From an uncultured Dehalococcoidia bacterium (GTDB lineage Bacteria > Chloroflexota > Dehalococcoidia > Lucifugimonadales > CAJWER01): a DNA stretch of 56,915 nt. Within the stretch, counting starts at the first letter, position 1. Every line of letters begins with the position of its first letter. Position numbers and translations under genes: made by a program. The stretch is taken from positions 1 to 56,915 of the forward strand of contig CAYLLU010000006.1 in assembly GCA_964384845.1 (NCBI GenBank). The letters are read 5' to 3'. Of the stretch, positions 29,101 through 41,474 are shown one piece after another. The notes below the pieces were generated by a model, which was not told the DNA's origin, ran no database searches, and saw nothing but the letters and a program-made list of their open reading frames with translations.

Positions 29101-30315
29101 CTAGGGGAGGTCCCAGATTTGGGGGAGATTCCAGGTGGTATGAGGATACCTCCCCTCCAGCAGCGGTGTATGGGTGGAGTCGAGTAATGGTGGCGGTGGC
29201 AGCACTGTATCGGATGTTGGTAGGATTTGTTCCAGAGCGAGGATGCCGGTGTTTTTTTCCTGGACAAGGATGCCGAAATCGCCCAGCCCGCCTGGGCTGA
29301 CGATATCTCGCATGGCCATCATATTGGCATCGCGTACGCCCTGGGATAGCGACATCTTACGCAGATCATGGAGCCAGTGGTTGAGACCGAGGGTTCGTAG
29401 AAGCCGTGCCTGACTTACTATATCTAGTCCGTTGAGGCCGCGCTTTTTACCGAACTGGTCAATGGCGGTAAAATCGACGTGGGCCGTGATGTCCTGTGCT
29501 CCAATGTGGTGGAGCGGATCGTTGCCGCTCGTATGTCCACGGTGGGTGCGAAGGGTTCCTTCTCGGCGGTCTAGGGGGAAGGTATCATGGTTGGCGTATC
29601 CATAGTCGATTGTGATGACGAACCCGCGCTTTAGTGCGTGGGACACTTCCTCGACCCATGTCGCCACGCCCACTCCGATTTCGCCTCGGTACCCCTCGGG
29701 TAGGTCGTTGTTCAGCCCGGCGAGGGCTTGAATTAGCTCAGGGGTGCTCGGGTAATCCAACACTTCGTGGTACTCTTCTTTGGAGAGTGCGACGTATACC
29801 TCTTGCGGGATACCTTCTCGGACCTCGAACTGGGCGACTGGGAATGCATCGACCAGCTCGTTTGAGAGCATGCACCCTACGACGTCGCGTAGTGGCACTC
29901 CAGTAGTTATGATCTGGTTGAGGGACGTCTCGTGGAGTCCGTAGACCGGACTACGGGAGGTGCGGTCCAGGGTGGTATAACGTAGGTTCTGTGCCATATT
30001 GTCGGAAAGTATTGGTGCGAATGCAGCTATGTCTCGGGTTAGGAGGCCATCGCCTGCTCCCATCTCTACGACGTGGAACGGGGATGGCCTTCCAAGTGCC
30101 TCCCACATGTTTTGGAGCATGACAGTAATCGCTGCTCCAAAGGCGGGGTGGGCGGTTGGGCTGGTGTAGTAATCGCCGCGTGCGCCTATGGGGGAGTCGA
30201 CGCAGTAGTAGCCGTCGGGTGGATGATAGAGGGCGAGTTCCATGAACTCGGCAAACGTAATCCGCCCCCATTTGTCGATGCGGGCCCTGATCTCTTCCTC
30301 GGCTGCGTTGTTCAT
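29101..30315 (-). CDS. class I SAM-dependent methyltransferase, MidA/NDUFAF7 (DUF185) family
   Basis: 404 aa with ITFAEFMELALYHPxxGYY, GDYYTSP and SAM motif I VVEMGAGDGLL. Confidence 0.87.
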   Translation of the reverse strand: MNNAAEEEIRARIDKWGRITFAEFMELALYHPPDGYYCVDSPIGARGDYYTSPTAHPAFGAAITVMLQNMWEALGRPSPFHVVEMGAGDGLLTRDIAAFAPILSDNMAQNLRYTTLDRTSRSPVYGLHETSLNQIITTGVPLRDVVGCMLSNELVDAFPVAQFEVREGIPQEVYVALSKEEYHEVLDYPSTPELIQALAGLNNDLPEGYRGEIGVGVATWVEEVSHALKRGFVITIDYGYANHDTFPLDRREGTLRTHRGHTSGNDPLHHIGAQDITAHVDFTAIDQFGKKRGLNGLDIVSQARLLRTLGLNHWLHDLRKMSLSQGVRDANMMAMRDIVSPGGLGDFGILVQEKNTGILALEQILPTSDTVLPPPPLLDSTHTPLLEGRYPHTTWNLPQIWDLP

Positions 30316-30354
30316 GATACGGCACTGAGCGCACCCTTACATATCATGTAGGAA

Positions 30355-30543
30355 CTAGCTTTTTGTCTGCCTGCCTCGACGGTTTTGGGATCCGGACCGG
30401 TCCCAGCCTGAGACTGGCATGGAGTTCTTGAATTCACCAATCTCTCCACAAAGAGTGCATACACCTTGGCTCGTGGGCCCGCTGGGGCTATCAATCAGCC
30501 AGCGGTGACGGCATTCGGTTTCGAGTCCTTCCTCTTTTGTCAA
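30355..30543 (-). CDS. small CxH...CxxC zinc-ribbon protein, paralogue 2
   Basis: 62 aa. TTG start preceded by AGGAAGGA (6-nt spacing). Core CRHRWLIDSPSGPTSQGVCTLCGEIGEFKN. Lies 39 nt upstream of the MidA-like gene on the same strand. Confidence 0.65.
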   Translation of the reverse strand: MTKEEGLETECRHRWLIDSPSGPTSQGVCTLCGEIGEFKNSMPVSGWDRSGSQNRRGRQTKS

Positions 30544-30751
30544 GACGAATCCTTCCTAGTCGAGTGCTTCTATCGAATGGCACATCGGCTGCTAGTCAGG
30601 CTATTGTAGAATTCCTCTAGGCCGTTTCTTTCCACTACATAGGTTAAAGGAAATGGGACACCATCTGTTGTGAGGCGAAGTTCTACATACCACGGAAATA
30701 TGTTTGTTCTTCTACCTGCCTCCCCTATTTAGATATTCAGATTCTCGGGTT

Positions 30752-31903
30752 TTACTCTCGTTGGTCGATGGGTGTGTACTCCAAGTCTACCGGCCCGGTG
30801 TAGAGCAGCCTTGGTCGGAGGATGTCTCTGACTGAAGATTGCTCGAAGACGTGGAGGGTCCAGCCGGGCATGCGTCCAATGGCGAAAATAGGCACGAAGA
30901 GGTCCATGGGGATGCCTAGAAGGGAATAGATAGCCCCAGACCACAGGTCGACGTTAGGCGCGATCCCTCGCTTGGCTCGCTTCTTCATGGCTTCGGTATT
31001 TGTGACGGCTTCGATGATGGAGAACCACTTCGTATGTCCACGTCTCTCTCCCAGCGCCTTGGCCCCGGCCTGCAAGTGTATGGAACGCGGATCGATATCA
31101 TCGTAAACGGGGTGCCCAAAACCCATAATACGGCCCCGTTTGGCGATGGTACTCTCGACGTAGGTCTCCGCATTCTCTTCGGATCCGATCTCCTGGGCCA
31201 TTTGAATGGCGCCTTCGGCGGCGCCGCCATGTTTGGGACCCTTGAGGACTGCAATTGCGGCGGTGATGGCTGCCCAGAAGTCGGCTCCGGTGGAAGCGGC
31301 TACTCGGGAGGCGAAAGTCGACGCATTGGCACCGTGCTCGGCGTGGAGGATCAAGTCCATGTCCATGAGTCTGACGTCGTCTGTGTCGGGGAGTTCGCCG
31401 GAAAGCATGTAGAGGAAGTTGCCGGCGTGGGACATCTCTGGATCGGGCGTGATCGGCTCAAGGCCGCGTCTAACGCGATGGTGGAACGCTACCATGGTTG
31501 CAATTGCAGAGGTCAGGCGAATCCCTTTCTTCAGTGCACTCTGGGGGGAGACATCTGAGATATCAGGGTCCGAGAGACTCATCGCAGAGACGGCCCCACG
31601 CAACGTGTCCATAGGATGGGCGTTTCGGTAGAGCCGGATGATCGCCTGGACCTCTTCTGGAAGCTCACGACTCGTCTTCAGCTCGGCGTCAAACTTCTCG
31701 AACTGTGAGTGATTTGGCAGTGAGCCGTATATAAGAAGATAGGTCGTTTCTTCGAAAGTGGAGAAGCGAGCTAGATCATCGATGTTATAACCACGATAGA
31801 GGAGTTTCCCGGGCTTGGGAACAATGAGACTCGAGGAGGTCCGGTCAAAGTAGCCATTTCTGAGCCCCTTGTTGAGCCCAACATTCTCTTTCGCTACCGC
31901 CAT
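30752..31903 (-). CDS. gltA: citrate synthase (or 2-methylcitrate synthase)
   Basis: Start re-set to ATG 31903 (AGGAAG SD; the ORF track gives 31960). Contains the citrate synthase signature GFGHPVYDDIDPRS and LHAEHGANAST. Confidence 0.92.
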   Translation of the reverse strand: MAVAKENVGLNKGLRNGYFDRTSSSLIVPKPGKLLYRGYNIDDLARFSTFEETTYLLIYGSLPNHSQFEKFDAELKTSRELPEEVQAIIRLYRNAHPMDTLRGAVSAMSLSDPDISDVSPQSALKKGIRLTSAIATMVAFHHRVRRGLEPITPDPEMSHAGNFLYMLSGELPDTDDVRLMDMDLILHAEHGANASTFASRVAASTGADFWAAITAAIAVLKGPKHGGAAEGAIQMAQEIGSEENAETYVESTIAKRGRIMGFGHPVYDDIDPRSIHLQAGAKALGERRGHTKWFSIIEAVTNTEAMKKRAKRGIAPNVDLWSGAIYSLLGIPMDLFVPIFAIGRMPGWTLHVFEQSSVRDILRPRLLYTGPVDLEYTPIDQRE

Positions 31904-32175
31904 ATCTTCCTGTCTCCGAGAATCCCAAACAGTGAACATTACGGGGGCAAACGGCAGCAAATCTTAAGGAAGTAGGCGTGCGCGCGAGGATTCGTTTGCC
32001 ATGCTGATATGGCGTCGCGGAGCCCTCCAAGAGCCCACGAATTCTAGCACCACTAGGTTAGTGTGTCAAGGAAGCGGTGCCGGACTGGGGACAGCGTTCT
32101 GATAAGAGAGTTTTGTGTCGGTGATATTACCCGTTTTCCCAGGCTATTCGAGCTAGTTATTATATTCACAAGTCA

Positions 32176-32204
32176 TTGACGAGGCATCGATCTGTCGATA
32201 CAAT
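32176..32204 (+). promoter_or_regulatory. sigma-70-like promoter of rex
   Basis: TTGACG (32176-32181), a 17-nt spacer, then TACAAT (32199-32204). Confidence 0.5.
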
Positions 32205-32234
32205 GCTGCCAATCTTGGGGGTGGTGAGCCAGGG

Positions 32235-32894
32235 GTGGTGATGGACTCTGCCGGAGTGCCAGACGTAGTCGTACTCAGGTTGCCGCTGTACGTTAGGGCT
32301 CTCTCTCAACTTCTGGATGCTAGAAGCGAACTTGTAAGTTCGCAGGAGTTGGGCGCACTGCTTCAAGTTACCCCTGCTCAGATACGGAAGGATCTCAGCT
32401 ATTTTGGGAGGTTTGGCAAGCAGGGTCGGGGTTATAACGTTCGCTTTCTGAGGGATGAACTGAAGCAGATCTTGGGCCTAGATCGGCATTGGAACGCGTG
32501 TCTGGTGGGCATCGGGAACCTTGGTCAGGCGATAGTCAACTACCCCGGGTTTGTTCCTGAGGGCTTCGATATTGTGGCGGCCTTCGATAGCTACCCAGAG
32601 TTGGTGGGCCCACTGGTCCATGGATTGACAGTGCATCCGATGACAGAATTGGAAGGTTGTGTCCGGCGTGAGGGGATTAGTGTCGGCGTTGTAGCTGTAC
32701 CGGCTCCGCAGGCCCAATCTGTGATAGACCAGTTAGTAGACGCTGGGGTCCGCGGGATTTTGAACTATGCGCCAGTTGCCGCACAGGTGCCGGCGAGTGT
32801 GGTGATAAGGAACATCGACCCGGTGCTCTCGTTGCAGTCAATGACATTCTATCTGTTGCAAGCAGCGGACACGGTGTTGCCAAGTATGTCCTAA
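32235..32894 (+). CDS. rex: redox-sensing transcriptional repressor Rex
   Basis: RLPLYxRxL, ISSxELG-like, RKDLSYFGRFGKQGRGYNV and Rossmann VGIGNLG motifs. ATG at 32241 is an alternative start. Confidence 0.92.
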   Translation: MVMDSAGVPDVVVLRLPLYVRALSQLLDARSELVSSQELGALLQVTPAQIRKDLSYFGRFGKQGRGYNVRFLRDELKQILGLDRHWNACLVGIGNLGQAIVNYPGFVPEGFDIVAAFDSYPELVGPLVHGLTVHPMTELEGCVRREGISVGVVAVPAPQAQSVIDQLVDAGVRGILNYAPVAAQVPASVVIRNIDPVLSLQSMTFYLLQAADTVLPSMS

Positions 32895-33067
32895 GGATAG
32901 GGACTAGGATTTGGGGACGCTTCCAGATCTCTAGGACTAGGGCACTGTCCGACCGTGAACGGGTTGTCGATGAACTAGAAATTGCGCTTTTGGCAAGTAT
33001 CGCCTCGGTTGCTATTGCGGTGGGCTGGAGTCTGGTGTATCACAACAGTGCCCATAACGTCCCCATA

Positions 33068-33487
33068 CTAGAGCGCGCGATTGCGTCGTCTGCGGGCTAC
33101 CTTAATGCGTGCCTGGGACCTTCGCATAGAAGCCAGCGCCCTCTGCAGGTCCATGTCGGCGGGTGCAGCGGCTATCCGCTCTTGAGCGTTTTTCAGGGCT
33201 GCTTCGGCCCGCTCGATGTCGATCTCATCGAGCCGTTCTGCGGTGTCGGCCAGGATAGTGACTTTCTCGGACATCACTTCCATGAATCCGCCACTGACGA
33301 CTATGAAAGTGTCCTCTCCGTTTTTGACCACACGAATCTCGCCGGGCTGGAGGACGGTTAACAACGGAGCGTGGCTCGGTAGAATCGCCATCTCGCCATC
33401 TACTCCAGGGGCCACAAGTACCTCGACTTGATCGGACGAGATTTGCCTCTCGGCGCTGACTATGTCGAGTTGGAATGTTGTTGGCAC
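33068..33487 (-). CDS. atpC: F1 ATP synthase epsilon subunit
   Basis: 139 aa with the typical beta-sandwich N-terminus (LxIVSAER..., GEMAILPSHAPLLT) and a helical C-terminus. Last gene of the atp operon. Confidence 0.92.
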   Translation of the reverse strand: MPTTFQLDIVSAERQISSDQVEVLVAPGVDGEMAILPSHAPLLTVLQPGEIRVVKNGEDTFIVVSGGFMEVMSEKVTILADTAERLDEIDIERAEAALKNAQERIAAAPADMDLQRALASMRRSQARIKVARRRRNRAL

Positions 33488-33493
33488 TGTTGG

Positions 33494-35804
<2,311 letters not shown>

Positions 35805-35978
35805 AGAATCCTTCCGACCACACCCCTATCCTTTTCCTACCCAGGAAGTGGGTTTAAGAAAGGTATTTGGGGTCTTCCAGTCCCTCACCAGATAAATTCT
35901 GTCCTTCTGGCTCCCTCGTACTGTCAGGCACTGTTCACTTCATCTCCAACAAGGATTGAGTGGATGGTGACTTGTTGT

Positions 35979-37490
35979 TTAGTAGGGCACGCTCGACTTG
36001 AACTCCTCGCCTGCCTTTGTAAGGGCCTCTGCGGTCTCGTCGGTAACGTCCTTCGTATCGACTATGCTCTTGAGAATCTCAGGGTGGCTGGCTTCGAGGA
36101 ATCCCTGGAAGCCTTTCTCGAAGTCGGCTATCCTCGATAGTTCGACATCGTCAAGTGTGCCGCTGATGAGAGCGAACAGGATGCATACCTCCTGTTCTAG
36201 GGAGAAAGGCGCGTCTTGCACCTGCTTTAGGACCTCGACGGCCCGTTGCCCTCGTTCAAGCTGGGAGCGTGTGGTGGCGTCAAGATCGGAGGTGCCGAAT
36301 TGGGCGAAGGTGGCCAGTTCACGGTACTGGGCAAGCTCGAGGCGCAGCCTTCCGGCGACGCTCTTCATTGCCTTGCTCTGGGCGGCGCTGCCGACTCGGG
36401 AGACAGATAGACCGGCGTTGACGGCGGGTCTGACGCCTGACATGAACAGTTCCGGCTCTAGGTAGATCTGTCCGTCGGTGATGGAGATTACATTGGTGGG
36501 CACGTAGGCCGAGACGTCCCCCAACAGGGTCTCGATAATCGGCAGGGCTGTCATAGACCCGCCACCTAGTTCCTGTGAGAGCCTAGCGGACCGTTCGAGG
36601 AGTCGGCTATGCAGGTAGAAGACGTCGCCCGGATATGCTTCGCGACCTGGAGGGCGCCGGAGCAATAATGACATCTGTCTGTAGGCCCAGGCGTGTTTCG
36701 AGAGATCGTCGTATGCTATCAGGGAGTCTTGGCCGTTGTACATGAACTCTTCGGCCATTGCGCAGCCAGCATAGGGCGCCAGGAACTGCAAGGGAGCCGG
36801 GTCCGAGGCACTAGCGGAAACCACAATGGTGTGCTCCATGGCGCCCTGTTCCTCAAGCAGTGCGACGGTCTGGGCCACTTTGCCTACCTTCTGGCCTATG
36901 GCGACGTAGACGCAGAACAGATCGCCGTTTTTTTGGTTGATGATGGTGTCGGTTGCCAGTGTGGTTTTGCCGATGCCGCGATCGCCAATGATCAGCTCCC
37001 GTTGTCCCCGTCCTATGGCCACCATCGCATCAATGGCCTTCAGACCGGTCTGGACTGGAGTGGTGACCGACTGACGAGCAGCAACGCCTGGAGCGACGAT
37101 TTCGGCCGGGCGTGTCTTGGTCGATTTGATCGGGCCTTTGCCGTCAATTGGCCTACCAAGAGGGTCGACGACGCGGCCCAAGAACTCGGGGCCTACGGGC
37201 AACTCTGCTACTCGCCCGGTGCTGCGGACCTCAGTGCCCTCTTGAACGGACAGAGGATCGCCCAGGATGACGGCACCGACGCCGTCCTCTTCGAGATTGA
37301 GAGCCATGCCAATTGTGCCGCCCTCGAACTCGAGCAGTTCGGTGGAGCCGACCCCAGAGAGGCCGTGGATTCTGGCGATGCCATCACCGACCTCTACAAC
37401 GACCCCGACGTCGGTCATCGTAAGTTCCTGACCGAACTCCTCGATCTGCCGCTTGATCACAGATGCTATGTCTTGTCCTCTTACTGCCAT
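35979..37490 (-). CDS. atpA: F1 ATP synthase alpha subunit
   Basis: Start re-set to ATG 37490 (GGAGG SD; the ORF track gives 37607). P-loop GDRGIGKT, about 503 aa. Confidence 0.98.
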   Translation of the reverse strand: MAVRGQDIASVIKRQIEEFGQELTMTDVGVVVEVGDGIARIHGLSGVGSTELLEFEGGTIGMALNLEEDGVGAVILGDPLSVQEGTEVRSTGRVAELPVGPEFLGRVVDPLGRPIDGKGPIKSTKTRPAEIVAPGVAARQSVTTPVQTGLKAIDAMVAIGRGQRELIIGDRGIGKTTLATDTIINQKNGDLFCVYVAIGQKVGKVAQTVALLEEQGAMEHTIVVSASASDPAPLQFLAPYAGCAMAEEFMYNGQDSLIAYDDLSKHAWAYRQMSLLLRRPPGREAYPGDVFYLHSRLLERSARLSQELGGGSMTALPIIETLLGDVSAYVPTNVISITDGQIYLEPELFMSGVRPAVNAGLSVSRVGSAAQSKAMKSVAGRLRLELAQYRELATFAQFGTSDLDATTRSQLERGQRAVEVLKQVQDAPFSLEQEVCILFALISGTLDDVELSRIADFEKGFQGFLEASHPEILKSIVDTKDVTDETAEALTKAGEEFKSSVPY

Positions 37491-37542
37491 CGTTGCCTCC
37501 CTAAAAGGCGGTAGAAGGGCTTTGCCCTCCTGAATATGTGGT

Positions 37543-38085
37543 TTAAGATAGTTGTTCGACGATGGTACGTCGCATGCCCTGGAGTTTGGTCCGGAGACTT
37601 CCGTCAATGACTTGGTCTCCTACACGGGCAACGAGGCCGCCGAGGATGTCTGAGTCTACGCCGATGGATAGGTGGATGTCCTTGTTAGCAAGTTTGACTA
37701 GGACCGACTTGATGGCTACTTGCTGAGACTGGTCCAGTGGCACGGCGGCGATGACCTCCGCACGCTCGATGCCATTGTGGCGGTCGACTAGGGCCTCAAA
37801 TGTCTCCAGGATACCTGGTATCAGGTTCGCGAGATTCTTGGTCGCGAGCAGTGCCAGTAGGTTTGCCGCCAGCGGGTCTACAGAGTCTTCAAACACGGCT
37901 TTGACTGCCTCTACCTTGGCTACGGCCGGGACCTGGGGGGAGTCGAGCAGGCCCGACAGCTCTTTATTCTCCAGGCCGGTCGCAATGGTTCGCAGATCAT
38001 CAAACCAGGCATCTAATTGGCCTGATTCAGTGGCGATCTGGAAGACCGCCTGAGCGTATCGTCTTGGTGAAGTGGTTCTTGGCAT
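37543..38085 (-). CDS. atpH: F1 ATP synthase delta (OSCP) subunit
   Basis: 180 aa with RYAQAxF at the N-terminus and ILGGxxxRVGDxVIDGSxRxxL at the C-terminus. Confidence 0.9.
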   Translation of the reverse strand: MPRTTSPRRYAQAVFQIATESGQLDAWFDDLRTIATGLENKELSGLLDSPQVPAVAKVEAVKAVFEDSVDPLAANLLALLATKNLANLIPGILETFEALVDRHNGIERAEVIAAVPLDQSQQVAIKSVLVKLANKDIHLSIGVDSDILGGLVARVGDQVIDGSLRTKLQGMRRTIVEQLS

Positions 38086-38124
38086 GTTTTGCTCAGGTGT
38101 TGTGGCTTGGTGACAGGCGGGAGT

Positions 38125-38631
38125 CTATTTGCCCTCGCCGCCGATATTGGAGCCCTCCTCAAGAACCTGATCGATGAGTTCACGGTGAGCATCCTCATCG
38201 AGGGAGCGGTTTATGACCCGCTCTGCGGCGGTGATGGCGAGGTCAGCGAAATGACTGCGAAGTTCCTCAACGGCTGAGTCGCGCTCTCGTTGGATGCTGG
38301 CCTCGGCCCTCTCTCTTTCGGTGGCGATCTCGGCCTTTATCTTGGCCATCTCCTCTTCACGGAAGCGCTCGGCGACCTCACGGGCCTGAACGATCATCGC
38401 CTGGCCATCTGTGCGCGCCTTATTGAGCTGAGCCTCCACTGCTTCCTCGGATCGTGCGGCATCATCCCGAGCCCTCTCAGCGACCTCCAAACTCTCTTTT
38501 ATCTTTGCCCCACGCTGGTCAAGCATCCGAAGGATCGGCTTGTATAGCACAATATAGAGCAACCCGAATAACAGCAGGAAGCTCACGAGCTGTGTCAACA
38601 GGCCAGACAGGTTTATTCCAAGTGCATCCAT
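38125..38631 (-). CDS. atpF: Fo ATP synthase subunit b
   Basis: Start re-set to ATG 38631. A single N-terminal TM helix is followed by a long charged coiled coil (PILRMLDQRGAKIKESL...). Confidence 0.87.
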   Translation of the reverse strand: MDALGINLSGLLTQLVSFLLLFGLLYIVLYKPILRMLDQRGAKIKESLEVAERARDDAARSEEAVEAQLNKARTDGQAMIVQAREVAERFREEEMAKIKAEIATERERAEASIQRERDSAVEELRSHFADLAITAAERVINRSLDEDAHRELIDQVLEEGSNIGGEGK

Positions 38632-38770
38632 AATCTTGCTCTCAGCCTCAGTGGCGCCCGTGTCCCGAAAGAAAACTAGAGGCACAACCGCGCATTTCCA
38701 GTTTCAATAAGGCCCGGTACGTCGACCGGATCAGGCAACGTCTACATTGTAAATCGGGCGAATGGCGTTA

Positions 38771-39001
<231 letters not shown>

Positions 39002-39171
39002 TTACTCCTTGACGTCTGTTCTTTCGCTTTGGTGTTGTGCTCCGTAGATTCTACCGCTTGTTTACATATTATCAGCAGTTTTGTGGGAGACTCCTCTCCC
39101 GGAGAAGCGTTGCCCTTTTCGACATTCTACTAGAAACTTGGGCTTTTGCACATTCCGTGTACAGCACACCG

Positions 39172-40233
39172 TCAATGGTCGTCGCCACCGTGGGCAATAG
39201 TTGCTGACGTGGCGAATACCAGGGTCAGCATGGCAAAAATGAACGCCTGAATGAGACCGACGAACAGTTCCAGGCCGAGGAATGGTACTAGCCCCACCAG
39301 CGGGATGAGGAATGCCATAGCGATGAGCAGTACCTCACCTGCGAAGATGTTGCCGAATAGACGAAAAGTGAAGCTAATGATGCGGGCTATCTCGCTGATT
39401 GCCTCAAGGATCCCTACGAAGATGCCAATTGGTCCCTCTTTAAAGTTCAGGAATTTGCCCACGTGGCCAAAGATACCCAGAGTACGCAACCCCCACCAGT
39501 GAATCATGGTCATAACTATTAAGGCTACGGCAAGCGGGGTGTTGATGTCGGTGTTGGTGCTCCTGAAGAAAGGGATTAGTATCCCCGCACGTTTGCCGTC
39601 GGCGACCCCGAATTCCTCAAACTCCTCTAAATTGACGAGACTGTCCGCGGAACCGAGAGGCAATATCGATAACCAGCCGTTGTTGTCAAATAACTGTAGC
39701 TGGACAGAGGTGAGGTCCAGGTCGTGGGGGTCATCTAGGACGGCTTCCTTGTGGTGTTTGACCTCTTCGGGGGACTCGATCCACCCGATGGTACCGACGC
39801 CGGGAAGTATACCCAGCCAGTTGGAGACGACAATGAATAAGAAAACAGTGGTGACCAGAGGAAAGAATCGACGGGCGTTCTTGGGTCCTGCTACGCTTTC
39901 GACCAAGTTGAGGAAGAATTCGATGATAACTTCAAAAAATCCCTGAAGCTTGCCGGGAACCTCACGCGCCCGGCGTGTGGCAAGATAGGAGAGTAGACTT
40001 AGGATTACGATGGCTACCCACGTGGTGATCATCGTATTGGTGATCTTGAAGTCGCCGACAATCGGATTCGGGCTTATAGGCTCGGCCTTTAGCTCAATAG
40101 GGGCTAACGGAGCGCTCAGAAAGCCACCACCGAACTGGTTGCCAAGGGCACCGCCCGCGAGGCCAAGTGCAAATAGGATGCCCACCGTTACTACTGCGAT
40201 GAGCATTTTGGGGTTACTGAGCAGTCGTGACAC
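39172..40233 (-). CDS. atpB: Fo ATP synthase subunit a (unusually long, 353 aa)
   Basis: Essential Arg motif RLFGNIFAGE, plus STNTDINTPLAVAL and LIQAFIFAMLT motifs. Carries an extra N-terminal helix and a large loop insertion (see findings). Confidence 0.92.
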   Translation of the reverse strand: MSRLLSNPKMLIAVVTVGILFALGLAGGALGNQFGGGFLSAPLAPIELKAEPISPNPIVGDFKITNTMITTWVAIVILSLLSYLATRRAREVPGKLQGFFEVIIEFFLNLVESVAGPKNARRFFPLVTTVFLFIVVSNWLGILPGVGTIGWIESPEEVKHHKEAVLDDPHDLDLTSVQLQLFDNNGWLSILPLGSADSLVNLEEFEEFGVADGKRAGILIPFFRSTNTDINTPLAVALIVMTMIHWWGLRTLGIFGHVGKFLNFKEGPIGIFVGILEAISEIARIISFTFRLFGNIFAGEVLLIAMAFLIPLVGLVPFLGLELFVGLIQAFIFAMLTLVFATSATIAHGGDDH

Positions 40234-40239
40234 TATTTC

Positions 40240-40455
40240 TTACTCTGAGTCCTCATTGCTCTCCGATAGGACGGTCGCTAGGATACGATACATTCCGATT
40301 CCTGCCATTAGCACACCCGCGCTGAGCCCCAGCAGGGTCATCAGAGGTTTCGAGCCGAATTGGCCATCGAGCCAACTTCCACCGAACCCACCCCCCAGGA
40401 GGCAGATCGCAACGTACCATCCAATGCCTGTTAGTCGTAATACTGTCCTCATCAA
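40240..40455 (-). CDS. AtpZ/AtpI-family small membrane protein (ATP synthase protein I-like)
   Basis: 71 aa with two TM helices and a GxGWxxxxxxxxGxxxGxWLD pattern. First gene of the operon, 6 nt upstream of atpB. Confidence 0.7.
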   Translation of the reverse strand: MMRTVLRLTGIGWYVAICLLGGGFGGSWLDGQFGSKPLMTLLGLSAGVLMAGIGMYRILATVLSESNEDSE

Positions 40456-40492
40456 ATGTTCCCATTATGAGGGGAGCCGACGAGGTTTGTGG

Positions 40493-40522
40493 ACTATATC
40501 ACAATCGATTTCGGAGGGTCAA
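40493..40522 (-). promoter_or_regulatory. extended -10 sigma-70-like promoter of the atp operon
   Basis: On the minus strand: TTGACC (40517-40522), an 18-nt spacer ending in TGa, then TATAGT (40493-40498). About 40 nt upstream of the atpZ start. Confidence 0.5.
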
Positions 40523-40577
40523 TGGTAAATGCATTAAAAAGAGGGGTGCATCCAGGAGGCCGGTTCAGCCCATCCAA

Positions 40578-41174
40578 CTAGATTGTCTCCTCGGGGGATC
40601 CGGTCTCTGAGGTGGGGGGGATTTTACCCTTTCCAAGGTCATCCAAGTTGAGAGTCGATATAAAATCGGTAAAGGCGGAGAGGCTCTTTAACTCTTCCTC
40701 TTTCACGGGTTCAACGGCAATTTCACCAGTCTCGGGCTGAACTGGCCTCCCTTCGTCATCCATCTGGACGCCGGCCTTTTCGATAACCGTATCGTGGGCA
40801 AATATGGGCGCGTCGGTCCTGACTGCGAGGGCGATTGCGTCGCTCGGACGGGAGTCGATCTCCATCGCGGTGCCGTTGACTTGTATGATTATTTTGGCGT
40901 AGAAAGTGTCGTTATTCAGATCAGAAACGATGATGCGCGACACGTCAGCGCCCAGGGTAGAGATGATTGTTCCGAGGAGATCGTGGGTCAGGGGACGAGG
41001 CGCGGCAACATCTTGCAACTTGAAGGCAATGGCATCTGCCTCGTTGGGGCCGATCCATATCGGAAGGTATCGGTTTGACTCCTTGACGCGGAGGATGACC
41101 ACTCGTTGCTGGTAGTTGACGATGCTGACCCGGATACTATCAATTACCATCTCGCGTATCGTGTCTTCCTGCAT
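40578..41174 (-). CDS. bifunctional nuclease (BFN/DUF151) family protein
   Basis: Start re-set to ATG 41174 (AGGAGG SD). LPIWIGPNEADAIA, PRPLTHDLL and DSRPSDAIALA motifs. Confidence 0.87.
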   Translation of the reverse strand: MQEDTIREMVIDSIRVSIVNYQQRVVILRVKESNRYLPIWIGPNEADAIAFKLQDVAAPRPLTHDLLGTIISTLGADVSRIIVSDLNNDTFYAKIIIQVNGTAMEIDSRPSDAIALAVRTDAPIFAHDTVIEKAGVQMDDEGRPVQPETGEIAVEPVKEEELKSLSAFTDFISTLNLDDLGKGKIPPTSETGSPEETI

Positions 41175-41276
41175 GGGATTCCTCCTAGTCAAGCAGTAGA
41201 TTCATTGTAAGTCCGCTGATTTAGCCTGTCAATTTGGCGAGAGTGTGTCGAGAAGACAATCAAACCGGGGTATCGA

Positions 41277-41474
41277 CTATGGTGTTTGTCCCTTGGGCAC
41301 CACATTTCTGGTGCTTTTTGCAAGGTCGGACCGCGAGAGGATCACGGTTCGTTCGCAGGTAAGGCAGCGGATGCGAATGTCAGCCCCTAGTCGCATGACT
41401 GCCCAATCGAAGCCGCCGCAGGGGTGTGATTTCTTGAGATGAACTACATCGCCTAGATGGAGGTCGGCTGCCAT
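41277..41474 (-). CDS. DUF951 family small protein
   Basis: 65 aa with GDVVHLKKSHPCGGFDWAVMRLGADIRIRCLTCERTV matching the DUF951 pattern (KKxHPCG...GADIxIKCxxC). Overlaps the pyrF 3' end by 22 nt. Confidence 0.8.
   Translation of the reverse strand: MAADLHLGDVVHLKKSHPCGGFDWAVMRLGADIRIRCLTCERTVILSRSDLAKSTRNVVPKGQTP

Noticed and set aside
32164-32173. ATTCACAAGT next to the rex promoter, identical to a 10-mer upstream of purA (55280-55289). It contains a Rex-box half-site, TTCACAA.
   Set aside because: Only one half-site is present. The left half matches the TTGTGAA consensus at about 4 of 7 positions. Identical 10-mers are expected by chance many times in 57 kb. This is not sufficient to call a Rex operator.
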